DNA from: a virus
Reading direction: 5' to 3' (one strand)
DNA length: 64,000 nucleotides
Virus record (IMG/VR): IMGVR_UViG_3300035661_000009
Coordinates: 96,016-160,015 of that record
This document shows positions 46,101-55,056 of the stretch, piece after piece. Within the stretch, counting starts at the first letter, position 1. Each line of letters begins with the position of its first letter. A program made the translations under genes and the position numbers. Under the pieces are notes generated by a model, which worked only from the letters and a program-made list of their open reading frames with translations, ran no database searches and had not been told where the DNA came from.

Positions 46101-46960
46101 CCAGCAGCAAAACCACTTGGTCCAGTAGATTGACTATAACTTGCAGAAGCTGTTATAGTGCTGGCATTAAAGCCGAAGGTAATATTATTTGCGTTAGCAA
46201 AAGTAATAGCGCCGGTCGAACCTTGAACTTGAACAGAGCCCTGAGTTTGAACAGATTGGGTAGGAACGGTATATGAAGCGGTTATAGTACCGGCATTCAT
46301 TCCAAATGAAACACCATTCGCATTGCTAAAACTTACCGTACCTGAAGTAGCTGAAGTTGTGCCTGCTGCAATTACTGCTGGAGCAGTAGATTGACTAAAA
46401 CTTGCAGAAGCTGTTATAGTGCTGGCGTTAAAGCCGAAGGTGATATTGTTTGAGTTACTGAAGACTACGTTACCAGAAGAACCTTGGACCTGTACTGAAT
46501 TCTGGGTTTGAACAGTTTGGGTAGGAACGGTGTAGCTAGCAGTGATTTGACTGCTATTACTCATTCCAAATGAAATACCGTTTGAGTTAGCGAAGTTTAG
46601 AGTTCCGGATGTTTGGGTCTGAGTGCCTGCTGCTGCGGCTCCAATTCCGGCTGCTGCGCCTGCTTGAACAGACGCAGTTACTACGGAGCCATTTAATCCA
46701 AATGAAACACCATTACTGTTGCTAAAAACGATGGTTCCTGTAGTGTTTGCAGTCGAACCGCCAGCAGCGATGATATTTACACCATCGCCTGCCCCACCAG
46801 CACCACCTACGATATTTAATGTACCTGCATTAACAGATAAAGTAATATTGTTACCACCGGCAATTACTACACCTGCGGCATTACCTACTGTAGACGCACC
46901 TACAGTATTCCCTGACAAAGTAAGGGCGCTGACTGTACCGTTTGGTGGATAATATGGCAT
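43112..46960 (-). CDS. 1282-aa Ser/Thr/Gly/Asn repeat fibre protein
   Basis: 16 FxN[SA]Nx[VI][ST]FG modules and 4 NTTGQSSSST[YF]DAR modules; in tail gene block. Confidence 0.75.
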   Translation of the reverse strand: MPYYPPNGTVSALTLSGNTVGASTVGNAAGVVIAGGNNITLSVNAGTLNIVGGAGGAGDGVNIIAAGGSTANTTGTIVFSNSNGVSFGLNGSVVTASVQAGAAAGIGAAAAGTQTQTSGTLNFANSNGISFGMSNSSQITASYTVPTQTVQTQNSVQVQGSSGNVVFSNSNNITFGFNASTITASASFSQSTAPAVIAAGTTSATSGTVSFSNANGVSFGMNAGTITASYTVPTQSVQTQGSVQVQGSTGAITFANANNITFGFNASTITASASYSQSTGPSGFAAGTQTGTSGTLNFVNSNGISFGLSGSSQITASYTVPSQSNQTEGIYAIGNTTGQSSSSTYDARTWSVSGGGIVSVGNSGGSFIISASTSQSVQTQNSVQVQGSSGNVVFSNSNNVSFGFNASTITASASFSQSTGPSAFAAGTQTGTSGTLNFANSNGISFGLSGSSQITASYTVPNVPAQTNQTIGLYAVSNTTGQSSSSTFDARSITFQGAGVASVGYSNGSVVISVPSGGGAGDGVNIIAAGTQTANTTGTVLFQNSNGISFGLSNFSVLTASYTVPTQSVQTEGVYAVGNTTGQSSSSTYDARTFSFSGAGIVSVGNSGGSFIISASTSQSVQTQNSVQVLGSSGNISFANSNGITFGANANTITASVGAGATATGNFGAIGAGTQTATSGTIAFANSNGISFGMSGSSQITASYTVPTQSVQTYNVIAAGTQTANTSGSVVFSNSNNVSFGMNNSSIVTASFSQSVQTQGSVQVQGSSGNVVFSNSNNITFGFNASTITASASYSQSTGPSAFAAGTQTGTSGTLNFVNSNGISFGLSGSSQITASYTVPNIPAQTDQTIGLYAVGNTTGQSSSSTFDARTLSFSGAGIASVGYSAGNVIISVPAGGGGGDGYNIIAVAGSTAALSTTVLFSNANSVSFGLNGGTLTASFNDIDNAIAAGTQTFSSNASGTLVFANSNGVTFGMSNNSVITASVNAGGAAFTGSWWEPEIWGNTLTSSHANGTLFIRPVELDGYYDGDMIQFQQSYASVSSTMSISASVSAGSASSGSGTWGQTGTVLWFSRLNTNETNASYNSIQTFQSNTYSMSAGYSVSVSWSTNVSSATASFTTSAAVGFIKNIDGGGGVTTSATTSSSSSSFSSTSTNANSFSSSFQMNFPYVHMSGIRPLFVPLAGSNVTPGEYWIGMIQSTTTGSTNYSLNRVAMMTTPGMLYFTGSTNSYAEIGNSVFITTSNYRPGFGSYSASTQTTTAIPLSQISTQASNGSLWLAVIGKTL

Positions 46961-46988
46961 GTGAACCTTATATTAGTTATTAGTTAAA

Positions 46989-48098
46989 TTAGTTAGTTAT
47001 TTCAGTAACTAAAGCGTTACCGTTTGCGGATACCCAAATCCCATCTATTTGGCCAGTGTATCCCGCTGGTACTTCATAATATGCGTTTGGGGCCATCTTA
47101 ACAGAATACGATGAAGAACTTGCAGTTACTCCAAGCTTTAGATATAAGAATTGAGTGGAATCATTGAATATAGTTAGGCCCATTCTTGCCCCATTACTTG
47201 CTTTTAAAGTAACGTTGGTAGCTGAAGAAGCAACTTGAGTAATTGCCGTAGAACCTGATTTTTCTACTATACGTAAATTGCCGTTTAAGTCTACAGATAG
47301 TGCGACTTGATTGCCATCTGAATAACTTGGATTAGCCGTATTAGCGATTGCATTTAATACTGGGACGTTAACAGTACCTAATGCTGTATTATTGCTTCTA
47401 CTTCCTTGTACGTAGAATGGATTAGCTGCAATTCCAGCTTCAACTGAACCACCAGATCCTGATTGACGTATATTTACGCCAAGAACGTATTGCAATCCCG
47501 CACCTGTATCTACATCAAAAACTCGAGCGCCTTGCATATTTGCGCCGTCATTAAAGCCAACCGCCGTTGCAATACCTGGGAATCCACCACCTATTGAAGA
47601 AGCCGTGCCTCCTCCGCCGCCACCAGAAATGCCGGTAACTACTATAGGATTAAGGGCGGTTCCTAAGACGTTAGTCCCGTCAGTTACCTTAACTGGCCAG
47701 CCATTAGCTAAGGAAGAGTTAGGCGTGCCTTGAGCAACTCCAGCAACGTCTCGCATATCACGCAATATGCGGTAAACATCGCTAATTCCAGGATCCTTAT
47801 TTACGAAGAAGTTAGTCTGTTCCGGCTGAGTTATTGTAGCAGCAAGAGCTACGGTGTAGGCCGAAGAGTCGAACCTTGTGTAAACGCCCGGAGTCGTAAG
47901 TTTTACATAAAATGTAGTGTCGTTTACGATATCTGCTATTTGTAAACTTACAGAAGGCAGGCCGGTTGCATTTAAATAAACTACAGACCCTATCCTTAAT
48001 CTAAAGGTAGAGGCTATAGTTAGAAGGCCGGTCGAAGACCCGTCAGCTACTAAACTTTGTTTTTCAAATGGAACTAATGATGTGCCCCAATCAGCCAT
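46989..48098 (-). CDS. virion fibre/decoration protein
   Basis: N-domain shared with 39413-40084; C-terminal RMGLTIFNDSTQFLYLKLG...YTGQIDGIW domain. Confidence 0.65.
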   Translation of the reverse strand: MADWGTSLVPFEKQSLVADGSSTGLLTIASTFRLRIGSVVYLNATGLPSVSLQIADIVNDTTFYVKLTTPGVYTRFDSSAYTVALAATITQPEQTNFFVNKDPGISDVYRILRDMRDVAGVAQGTPNSSLANGWPVKVTDGTNVLGTALNPIVVTGISGGGGGGTASSIGGGFPGIATAVGFNDGANMQGARVFDVDTGAGLQYVLGVNIRQSGSGGSVEAGIAANPFYVQGSRSNNTALGTVNVPVLNAIANTANPSYSDGNQVALSVDLNGNLRIVEKSGSTAITQVASSATNVTLKASNGARMGLTIFNDSTQFLYLKLGVTASSSSYSVKMAPNAYYEVPAGYTGQIDGIWVSANGNALVTEITN

Positions 48099-48142
48099 TT
48101 TTCACTCTCGGGTTAATATAGTAAAGATTGGTATTAAGCTGA

Positions 48143-48643
48143 TTAGGCTGAAGCTTTGGAATTTAAGATGTTTATCGGCAACCCTTCTATTTCGTCCTTA
48201 TCTATTTCTACTTCCTTCATTCCTTTAAACTTTTCCATAGGAACAGGGGCTGAGACAATTGATTCATCTATTTTAGCTATTAAATCCCGACCCATGATTC
48301 CAAACTTTTCTTTAATGTCTTTTTGCATTTCCAGCTTTGTAGTTTCTTTGCAAAGAACAGAGAACAGTCGCAACATGTTTCTAGTTAAAATGACAACTGG
48401 ACGCTTATCTGGAGTATTTTCTGATATTTTCTCTGCGGCGATGATATCATCCTTAAGATAGGCTAGTTTATCCTTAAAATCCATAAAAACATCGAAAACT
48501 CCAACGATTTTATTGAGTAATTCATCTTTTGATTCAATTTTATGGATATTCTCTTTAATTTGGTAAATAGTTTCCATATTAAGTAAATCAAATATTAAAT
48601 CTACTTCTTTTGGTGATAGTTTTATACTTAGATAGTCTTCCAT
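48143..48643 (-). CDS. hypothetical protein
   Basis: 166 aa, AAGGA RBS. Confidence 0.65.
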   Translation of the reverse strand: MEDYLSIKLSPKEVDLIFDLLNMETIYQIKENIHKIESKDELLNKIVGVFDVFMDFKDKLAYLKDDIIAAEKISENTPDKRPVVILTRNMLRLFSVLCKETTKLEMQKDIKEKFGIMGRDLIAKIDESIVSAPVPMEKFKGMKEVEIDKDEIEGLPINILNSKASA

Positions 48644-48661
48644 TTGATTCCTTAGTTAACA

Positions 48662-48692
48662 AATAAAAAGCCCACGTACAAGCCGTGGGCTT
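48662..48692 (-). terminator. intrinsic terminator after tail tube
   Basis: AAGCCCACG/CGTGGGCTT stem then TTTATTT. Confidence 0.8.
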
Positions 48693-48719
48693 CATTATAA
48701 CATACTTCTTATTTGTTAG

Positions 48720-49178
48720 TTAGCTACCGTAGTTAGTAGCTCCATTATCGTCGTCGTGAGGGTTGTTTTCGTCGTTAACTACTGTGCCCATAAATCTAGC
48801 TGATAGATCTTGTACGCCACGGGCTGAGGTTGAGGTGCTGTAGCCTAATGGACGAACGTTTTGAACGGTCATAATTTGTTGATGGCCTTGACGATCTTCT
48901 AGATAAAGAGAGAAATCTTGGTGATTCAATAAATCTTGAAGTTTTGGAATTGAAATACTACCATACGGGCCCTTATTCAAAACGCGGAAACCTGAGCAAC
49001 TTACGGTAACCGTATCCATATCGGTGTAAACTAATTCAGCAGCGTTGTATCGACCAAGAATATAAATCGGTGAAACACCATAGTTTACTTCATAGCTAGC
49101 GCTAGTAAAGACACCAATTAAGTTGCCGTTTATATATAGTCTGGCGCGCGCGCCAGTTAATGTTTGTGCTTGTGCCAT
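48720..49178 (-). CDS. tail tube protein
   Basis: 152 aa directly after sheath; TGARA...PIYILG...AELVY. Confidence 0.8.
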   Translation of the reverse strand: MAQAQTLTGARARLYINGNLIGVFTSASYEVNYGVSPIYILGRYNAAELVYTDMDTVTVSCSGFRVLNKGPYGSISIPKLQDLLNHQDFSLYLEDRQGHQQIMTVQNVRPLGYSTSTSARGVQDLSARFMGTVVNDENNPHDDDNGATNYGS

Positions 49179-49192
49179 TTTATTCTCCTAAA

Positions 49193-52066
49193 TTACTGTG
49201 CTGCCGATTGCTGAACTTGATTTACGATAGTTGTTATCGGAATGAAGTACAATCCGGTAGCTTCATAAATTTCAACGCTTACTTGAGCAACTGGGCCGTT
49301 TATTGCAACTGTTGCGTTACGGTAGCCAGCAGGAGCACCGTCAGACGAGGCAATTAACTTCAATCTCTTTAGGTCACTTAAAACGCCCTGTACGAAGGCT
49401 AGAATGACTCCTGCGCCAACATCCGCTAGTGATTGACCTACGAACGCTCTTTCGACTCTTGAAGCTAGAGTGAGCGCAATAGTGTCAGCTACGTACATAG
49501 CTTGGATTGAGTTATATACGAAATTGCCATCAACTCCATAGGTGGTTTGGTCAGAAACCCAACGATATCCGCCAGTATCCGCTTGTTCGGCAGGTAGTAA
49601 GCCATTTGAAAGAGCATCTTCTACTTGGCTCAATATTTGATCTGAGTATGAACCATCGGCCATTAATACGCCCGAGACGTTCATAAACTTATTAACTATT
49701 GGCTTATAGAACCCAGCCGCTTGCATTGAGGCAGCAACTACCGCTAGGCCCCATGGTTGCATTTGAGTCAAAACACCTTGGCTATTTGCAGCCTTGATAT
49801 CTTGAAAGCACATTGAAACTCTTTGTGAAGCAAGGTTGGCAGCAGCAAGCTTAACTGAAGTAAATGAAGCCTTCTTGCTAACAAACCCTAGACGGTGGCG
49901 GCGGCGCTTGACTTGGCTCATTGCCAAAACATGAGTCTTGACGTATGCGTTGATTGAGTCTACAAGATAGGTTGAAGAGGCGTCAGTCAATGCGTCTGTA
50001 ATATCTGCCGTAGAATCTCTTGAGAAGAGAGTTACTAGGAAGTTACCACGAACCTTCTCTAATTGGTCAATAGCTGCGGTTACTTGAGTAGTTGAACTAC
50101 CGCCACGAGCGCCCCCTGATAGGAATACTAATGCTTGAGCTTCAGGTTGGCCTGATGCTGGAGGCAAACTTAATACTGAACCAGCTTGGCTGATAAAGAT
50201 TAAGAATGAGGATTGGTCAATCGTTGTCCAGAGGCTATATGCTGCTTTCTTGACTCTTCCGGGCGAAGCTGATAGATGACTTGCGATACCCCAAGTTCCC
50301 TTATCTAGCACAACTTGTGCAACGTTGTTATTGTCAGTAAAGTTTAGTGCAGTTTGCCCATATAGTGAAGAAGCAACAGAAGCGGTGTAGCCGGTTTGTG
50401 AGTTAATGTAACCAACTAAATCGTTTATGGTTCTGTAATTCTTTAGGTTTATGGTTAAATTACTTCCCGTTCCACCAGTAACTGTAGTAGTTAAGGTAGT
50501 TCCTGAAATCGTCATTGAACCAGTAATTGAGGTTGATAATCCGCTTCCGTTATAACCTACAGCTAGAACTACTGCCGGATCTCCACTGAATGATTCTGAG
50601 ATATTATCAGTTGAGCGAGCACTTGAAACTAAAGCTTTGTATTCCGACGCCGAGGTTAGTAAGAACGGAGCTCCTGAGACAGAAATCCAAGTAACTGGAG
50701 TTGCTGAAAGATTAAATAATTGGAGTTGAGGAGTTACGCCCGAAAGAGCGAATACTTCTAAGGTTTTGCCAGTTCCGTCAATATCTGGACGTAGACAAAC
50801 TAAGTCAGTAGTCAGAGCAACGTTAGCTGAAGCGAACGAAACTGGGGTGCCATCGCTTAATCTGGTCATTGTTATAAATGAGCCACCAGCTAATACTGAA
50901 GATCCTGAGGCTGTAACGCGATACCAGCCCGCATTTGTTGCAGGGGTCCAACCCGCTGGGGCATTTGAGGCAATTTGTAGTAAATCACCTACCGCTGGGG
51001 TTGCAGCCCAAAGTTGTGTAGTCGCTAAGGTCAGAGTTAATGACTGACCTGAAGCCGTACCAGTCACGCCTTGACCGACTAATCCAGTCAATACAGGACG
51101 AGCGGTGCCGGTTGCGTTATTTAAAGTAATTGGTGAGTAGCAAAGAACGTCGCCAGTAGCGACGATCGAGGTTGACGTAACTACGGTAGTAACATTAGTC
51201 GCACCACCTGAAGTGGCATCTGCTAATTTAGTAGCAGAAATTGAACTTGAGCTAACTGCCGTAACTACATAACTACCTCTGTTGTTTACTGCACCTGAAC
51301 CTAGTACCGATGTTGAAGTAATGGTTAAAGTATCGCCAACGCTTGGGGTATTTGCCCAAGTTCCTGAGTTTGTTATAACTATTTGACCAGTGGTGCCGGT
51401 TAGAGCTAAGGTCCCAGTAATAGTAGTAATTACGCTACGATTTAATCCGCCGGTCGCATAGACGCCTGAAAGTGCGTTTAATTGACCAGCCACTACGGTT
51501 GGAGTGGTTGAAGCCGCCAGGGCTAAAGTTTGAGTCGCACCACCATTTACACGTAAACCAATGCTTGAAGCACCGGCTGAGCCAAAAGGAATCCAAGTAA
51601 ACGCACCAGTGGTTGGAGCTACTTCAGCTTGTGCTGAAGTTACTGTTACGTTAGTTAAGTTACCTAAAGCTCCCCAAGCATCATCTGCTGCTGTACCCCA
51701 AGCAGTTAAGCCCGCACGAGTTAATGAAGCTGAAGCCTTACTGGGAGTATTGGTTTTTACTATATAAGCACGAGTAAATGATCCGGTAATCTGCGGATCG
51801 CTTGAAGCGGCAACTGCAAGTTTAAAAGCGTCTACAATCGGCCCGCTCTTATATTTAGCTAAAACGGCACCTAATTGATCTGGCCCGTAGAAATTATTTG
51901 TAACTAGAGTTGAATCTAGGGTTACATCAGGCCCTGCGTCGGCTTCACCAACTAGCATTAATACACCAGTCGTGGCAACGCCTGAGTTTGATTGTCTGAC
52001 TTGAACGTCAACAACCGAACTTGGCTTAATTAATGTACCAAAAGTACCTGTATAGCTTTGTGCCAT
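49193..52066 (-). CDS. contractile tail sheath protein (957 aa)
   Basis: LVGEADAG, WGALGN, HVLAMS, WVSDQTTY, C-terminal YFIPIT. Confidence 0.85.
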   Translation of the reverse strand: MAQSYTGTFGTLIKPSSVVDVQVRQSNSGVATTGVLMLVGEADAGPDVTLDSTLVTNNFYGPDQLGAVLAKYKSGPIVDAFKLAVAASSDPQITGSFTRAYIVKTNTPSKASASLTRAGLTAWGTAADDAWGALGNLTNVTVTSAQAEVAPTTGAFTWIPFGSAGASSIGLRVNGGATQTLALAASTTPTVVAGQLNALSGVYATGGLNRSVITTITGTLALTGTTGQIVITNSGTWANTPSVGDTLTITSTSVLGSGAVNNRGSYVVTAVSSSSISATKLADATSGGATNVTTVVTSTSIVATGDVLCYSPITLNNATGTARPVLTGLVGQGVTGTASGQSLTLTLATTQLWAATPAVGDLLQIASNAPAGWTPATNAGWYRVTASGSSVLAGGSFITMTRLSDGTPVSFASANVALTTDLVCLRPDIDGTGKTLEVFALSGVTPQLQLFNLSATPVTWISVSGAPFLLTSASEYKALVSSARSTDNISESFSGDPAVVLAVGYNGSGLSTSITGSMTISGTTLTTTVTGGTGSNLTINLKNYRTINDLVGYINSQTGYTASVASSLYGQTALNFTDNNNVAQVVLDKGTWGIASHLSASPGRVKKAAYSLWTTIDQSSFLIFISQAGSVLSLPPASGQPEAQALVFLSGGARGGSSTTQVTAAIDQLEKVRGNFLVTLFSRDSTADITDALTDASSTYLVDSINAYVKTHVLAMSQVKRRRHRLGFVSKKASFTSVKLAAANLASQRVSMCFQDIKAANSQGVLTQMQPWGLAVVAASMQAAGFYKPIVNKFMNVSGVLMADGSYSDQILSQVEDALSNGLLPAEQADTGGYRWVSDQTTYGVDGNFVYNSIQAMYVADTIALTLASRVERAFVGQSLADVGAGVILAFVQGVLSDLKRLKLIASSDGAPAGYRNATVAINGPVAQVSVEIYEATGLYFIPITTIVNQVQQSAAQ

Positions 52067-52109
52067 TTTAACTCTCCTAAATCAAATAAAAGATTAGTAT
52101 TCTAACGAT

Positions 52110-52748
52110 TTATTGATTCTTTTTTAATTCTTCTATTACTAGCTTTAATTCTTTAATAATTTCAGTCTTAGACATTTCTTCTCTTTTGAAGAATTTGTCC
52201 ATTTTTGTAAACTCTTCTTCCGACATTTTAAGTCGTTCCAGAGGGGCCATGGGTAGTTTTGGCTTATTTATCTGGTTTACATTAGCTACGCCGAATTTAC
52301 CTGCTACTGCGGATGTTCCGTAGGGGCCCGGGCCGTATTCTTGATCAAATCCGAAAGAATTACCTAGTTGCTGGGCTGATGCGATTTTTTGATGTAAAAA
52401 TGGGTCTTTTATTCCGCCCTTAACGGCATTATTGGCTACAGGGTTGTAAATATTTAAATATGCGTCTCTGTCGGCTTTTGAGCCTCCGATTGGTTGTATT
52501 CCCGGGTTTGTAGCGTCAGGATTTGGTGCGGCAATTTCTGAATTAGGATTAGGTGTTAAATCGCTAGCCGTCGGTGCCCAAGGGGTTGCCCCCGGGGTCT
52601 TTAATTTAGGTATTGAAGTCAAAGGTGCCGGGGCTTGACCTAATGGTTTTGGGGTCGGGGGGGTCGGGGAAGCTAATGTTTTTATCGCAGGAGGCTTTGC
52701 AAGCCCCTTTTTTGCTGCTGGATCTGCAAATTTCTTTAAATTACTCAT
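52110..52748 (-). CDS. Pro-rich low-complexity protein, probable internal head protein
   Basis: Composition; MSKTE motif. Confidence 0.5.
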   Translation of the reverse strand: MSNLKKFADPAAKKGLAKPPAIKTLASPTPPTPKPLGQAPAPLTSIPKLKTPGATPWAPTASDLTPNPNSEIAAPNPDATNPGIQPIGGSKADRDAYLNIYNPVANNAVKGGIKDPFLHQKIASAQQLGNSFGFDQEYGPGPYGTSAVAGKFGVANVNQINKPKLPMAPLERLKMSEEEFTKMDKFFKREEMSKTEIIKELKLVIEELKKNQ

Positions 52749-55009
52749 TACTTCACCGGTTTGGGCTTAATTTGACTAGGGTGTGGAGCTAGATCTGGGC
52801 CATTTCTTATTGAATCTCTCGCCCCTTGACGAATTTGCTTAGCTTTGTTAATTAAAGTATCTATATGACTTCCGGTTTCGTTTAATTCTTCTTCACCCAT
52901 AGCTAATAGGCTTGGTTTTGGCTTCAAAACATTACTTACTAATCCGCCACCAGCCTTGGGTGAATTCATTGATTGCATTGAAGCGCCGGGGTTGATAGTC
53001 TGTGACTTAGGTTGCGGAACCGCACCGGTGCCCTTTAATGGAGGAGCTAATGGAATTCCTGAATTAGTTCTCTGGCTTGGAATAGCTCCAGTATTTAAAC
53101 CAGCAGTTCCAGGAGCTTGTGGTTTAGGTTGAGCTAATTGTGGGCCACCATTAGTTCTTAAAGATGGATTAAATGAAGGAGGTTGGGCTCCCGCAGTTCC
53201 ATAACTTACTTGTTTTTGAGGGGCTAAATCTAATGGAGCGTCCATATTAGGATCTGGATCCCACATATCGACACCTTTATTTAGTTTAGGATCGGTCTTG
53301 CCCATCCATCCACCTACCATATTTTTAATACCGCCAATGCCTGCCGCTCTGTGTTCGGCAATAGTTCTGGCGTCAGGAATGCCTGCTGCTGCTCTGTCGT
53401 CACTGTGAGTTTGTTGATCTAATGTTTGTGGGCCTTGCTCTTGTGGAGGTTGGAATCTATTTTTTAGATTTTGTAATCCAGTGCTTAGTCTTTGACCCAA
53501 AGAAGGCTTAATTCCAGCAGCTAGTTTATCGGCTTCAACTTGCTCGTTTGATACCGGAGCTTGTTCAGCAAACGGGCGGGGTGTTGGATCTTTTTCAAAC
53601 TGTGCGGATCTTGCTCCAGCAAAAATTGGAGATTGACTTGCTCTCATTTGTGGCTTAGCTTGTGGTAGGTCGCCCTTAGGCGCTACTCTGGGGCCTCCCC
53701 ATTCATTTAATGGATCTTTGGCTGGATTTGGAGCCGGGGGCTGCGTAGCTGGTTGAGGCGCTGGTGCCGAAGCTTGACGAATAGGAGAAGGTGCTGTAGG
53801 AGGAAGCTGTGGCTCTGGAGCCGGAGCGGGGGGCGGCATTGGACGTGGCGGTGGCGCTGAAGCTACTGGTTTTACTGGACTATCTACGGTAGGGGCGGGC
53901 TCTGGGACGGCTCCTGCCGACATTGGTGCAGTGGGTGATGGTGCAGTGGGTGATGCCGCTGGAATAACTGGAGCCGGAGCGAGCCTCGGCGTAGGCTTTC
54001 CAGTCACAGGAGACATTGGAGGATTTGACAAATGTGCTGGCTTTGGCTTTGGAGTAGGCTTAACTGGACTGCCAGTCACAGGAGAAACTGGAAGAGCTGC
54101 TAAATGTGGGGCCTTATATGCTTGTTGAGCAAATCGTTGCGCTTCATTGCCAACTTCTGGATTAACAGTCGCAGCGGCGGCTTGCATATCCGCGCCTTTC
54201 TTTGCAGCTACAGGATCGGCTCCCTCTAAAGCATCTATTTTGCTTTGGATATGAGCTTTATCTTTAGGATCTTCCGCAAGATCTAAGTCTTTTTTGTGTT
54301 GGGCTATTTTAGCAGCAGTTTCTCTACTAACTGGAGCTTTTCGGCTAGCTTTGTCTTCTTTCTCTGGTGCTGGCTTTGAATCCTTCTTTGCTGTTGGCTT
54401 TGAATCCTTCTTTGCTGTTGGCTTTGAATCCTTCTTTGCTGTTGGCTTTGAATCCTTCTTGACCGCCTTTTCTTTCTTGGCTGACTTAGCTGGGGTCTTC
54501 TTAACTGTCTTATCTGCTTTGGCCAATTCTTGAACTAAAGGTTCATTTTTTTTTACTATTTGACCACCGCTGCCCGTATCCTTGTGACCAATTAATTTCG
54601 GCTTCTTATCTGAAGGTAATACAGTGCCCGAGCGGCGGGTCATATTCAATAGTTTTTGATCAACTGGGTGATTTTCTGATTCTTCTTTATCGCCAAGACC
54701 TTTAGGATGAACTTTCTTGTCTGATGAAGATACTTCTGATTGTTCGGGGCTATCTTTGCCGCCTGAACCTGAAAGACTTTCTTCTGATTGCTCTGAAGTT
54801 TCTGACCATGAAGACTCTGAGGTCTCAGATAGTTCCTTTTGGTATTTCTTAAGTTGAGCAATTTGGGCAAGTCGTAGTTCTTGCTGATTAATTTCCGCTG
54901 AAACAGCCGTTAAGCCATTCTCGGTCTTGAATAGCTCTACTTCCTTACGCATGGCAGTAGCAACTAGTTTGAGGGCTTCTGCGGGTGTTAGCTTTTTGTC
55001 TTTAGACAT
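52748..55009 (-). CDS. Pro/Ala/Lys-rich disordered protein, probable internal head protein
   Basis: 753 aa; LFKTE, LAKAD, LNKG motifs; (KKDSKPTA)n repeat. Confidence 0.55.
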   Translation of the reverse strand: MSKDKKLTPAEALKLVATAMRKEVELFKTENGLTAVSAEINQQELRLAQIAQLKKYQKELSETSESSWSETSEQSEESLSGSGGKDSPEQSEVSSSDKKVHPKGLGDKEESENHPVDQKLLNMTRRSGTVLPSDKKPKLIGHKDTGSGGQIVKKNEPLVQELAKADKTVKKTPAKSAKKEKAVKKDSKPTAKKDSKPTAKKDSKPTAKKDSKPAPEKEDKASRKAPVSRETAAKIAQHKKDLDLAEDPKDKAHIQSKIDALEGADPVAAKKGADMQAAAATVNPEVGNEAQRFAQQAYKAPHLAALPVSPVTGSPVKPTPKPKPAHLSNPPMSPVTGKPTPRLAPAPVIPAASPTAPSPTAPMSAGAVPEPAPTVDSPVKPVASAPPPRPMPPPAPAPEPQLPPTAPSPIRQASAPAPQPATQPPAPNPAKDPLNEWGGPRVAPKGDLPQAKPQMRASQSPIFAGARSAQFEKDPTPRPFAEQAPVSNEQVEADKLAAGIKPSLGQRLSTGLQNLKNRFQPPQEQGPQTLDQQTHSDDRAAAGIPDARTIAEHRAAGIGGIKNMVGGWMGKTDPKLNKGVDMWDPDPNMDAPLDLAPQKQVSYGTAGAQPPSFNPSLRTNGGPQLAQPKPQAPGTAGLNTGAIPSQRTNSGIPLAPPLKGTGAVPQPKSQTINPGASMQSMNSPKAGGGLVSNVLKPKPSLLAMGEEELNETGSHIDTLINKAKQIRQGARDSIRNGPDLAPHPSQIKPKPVK
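54372..54458. repeat. 24-bp in-frame tandem repeat (KKDSKPTA)
   Basis: GGCTTTGAATCCTTCTTTGCTGTT about 3.6 copies. Confidence 0.85.
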
Positions 55010-55056
55010 ATATCTCCCAAGAATTACTAATTAAAGATTAGTTTCGGTTTTGTACC

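Noticed and set aside
43112-46960. Ice-nucleation protein (TQT motifs)
   Set aside because: Lacks the strict 8/16/48-residue AGYGSTxT periodicity; modules are about 35-45 aa and irregular
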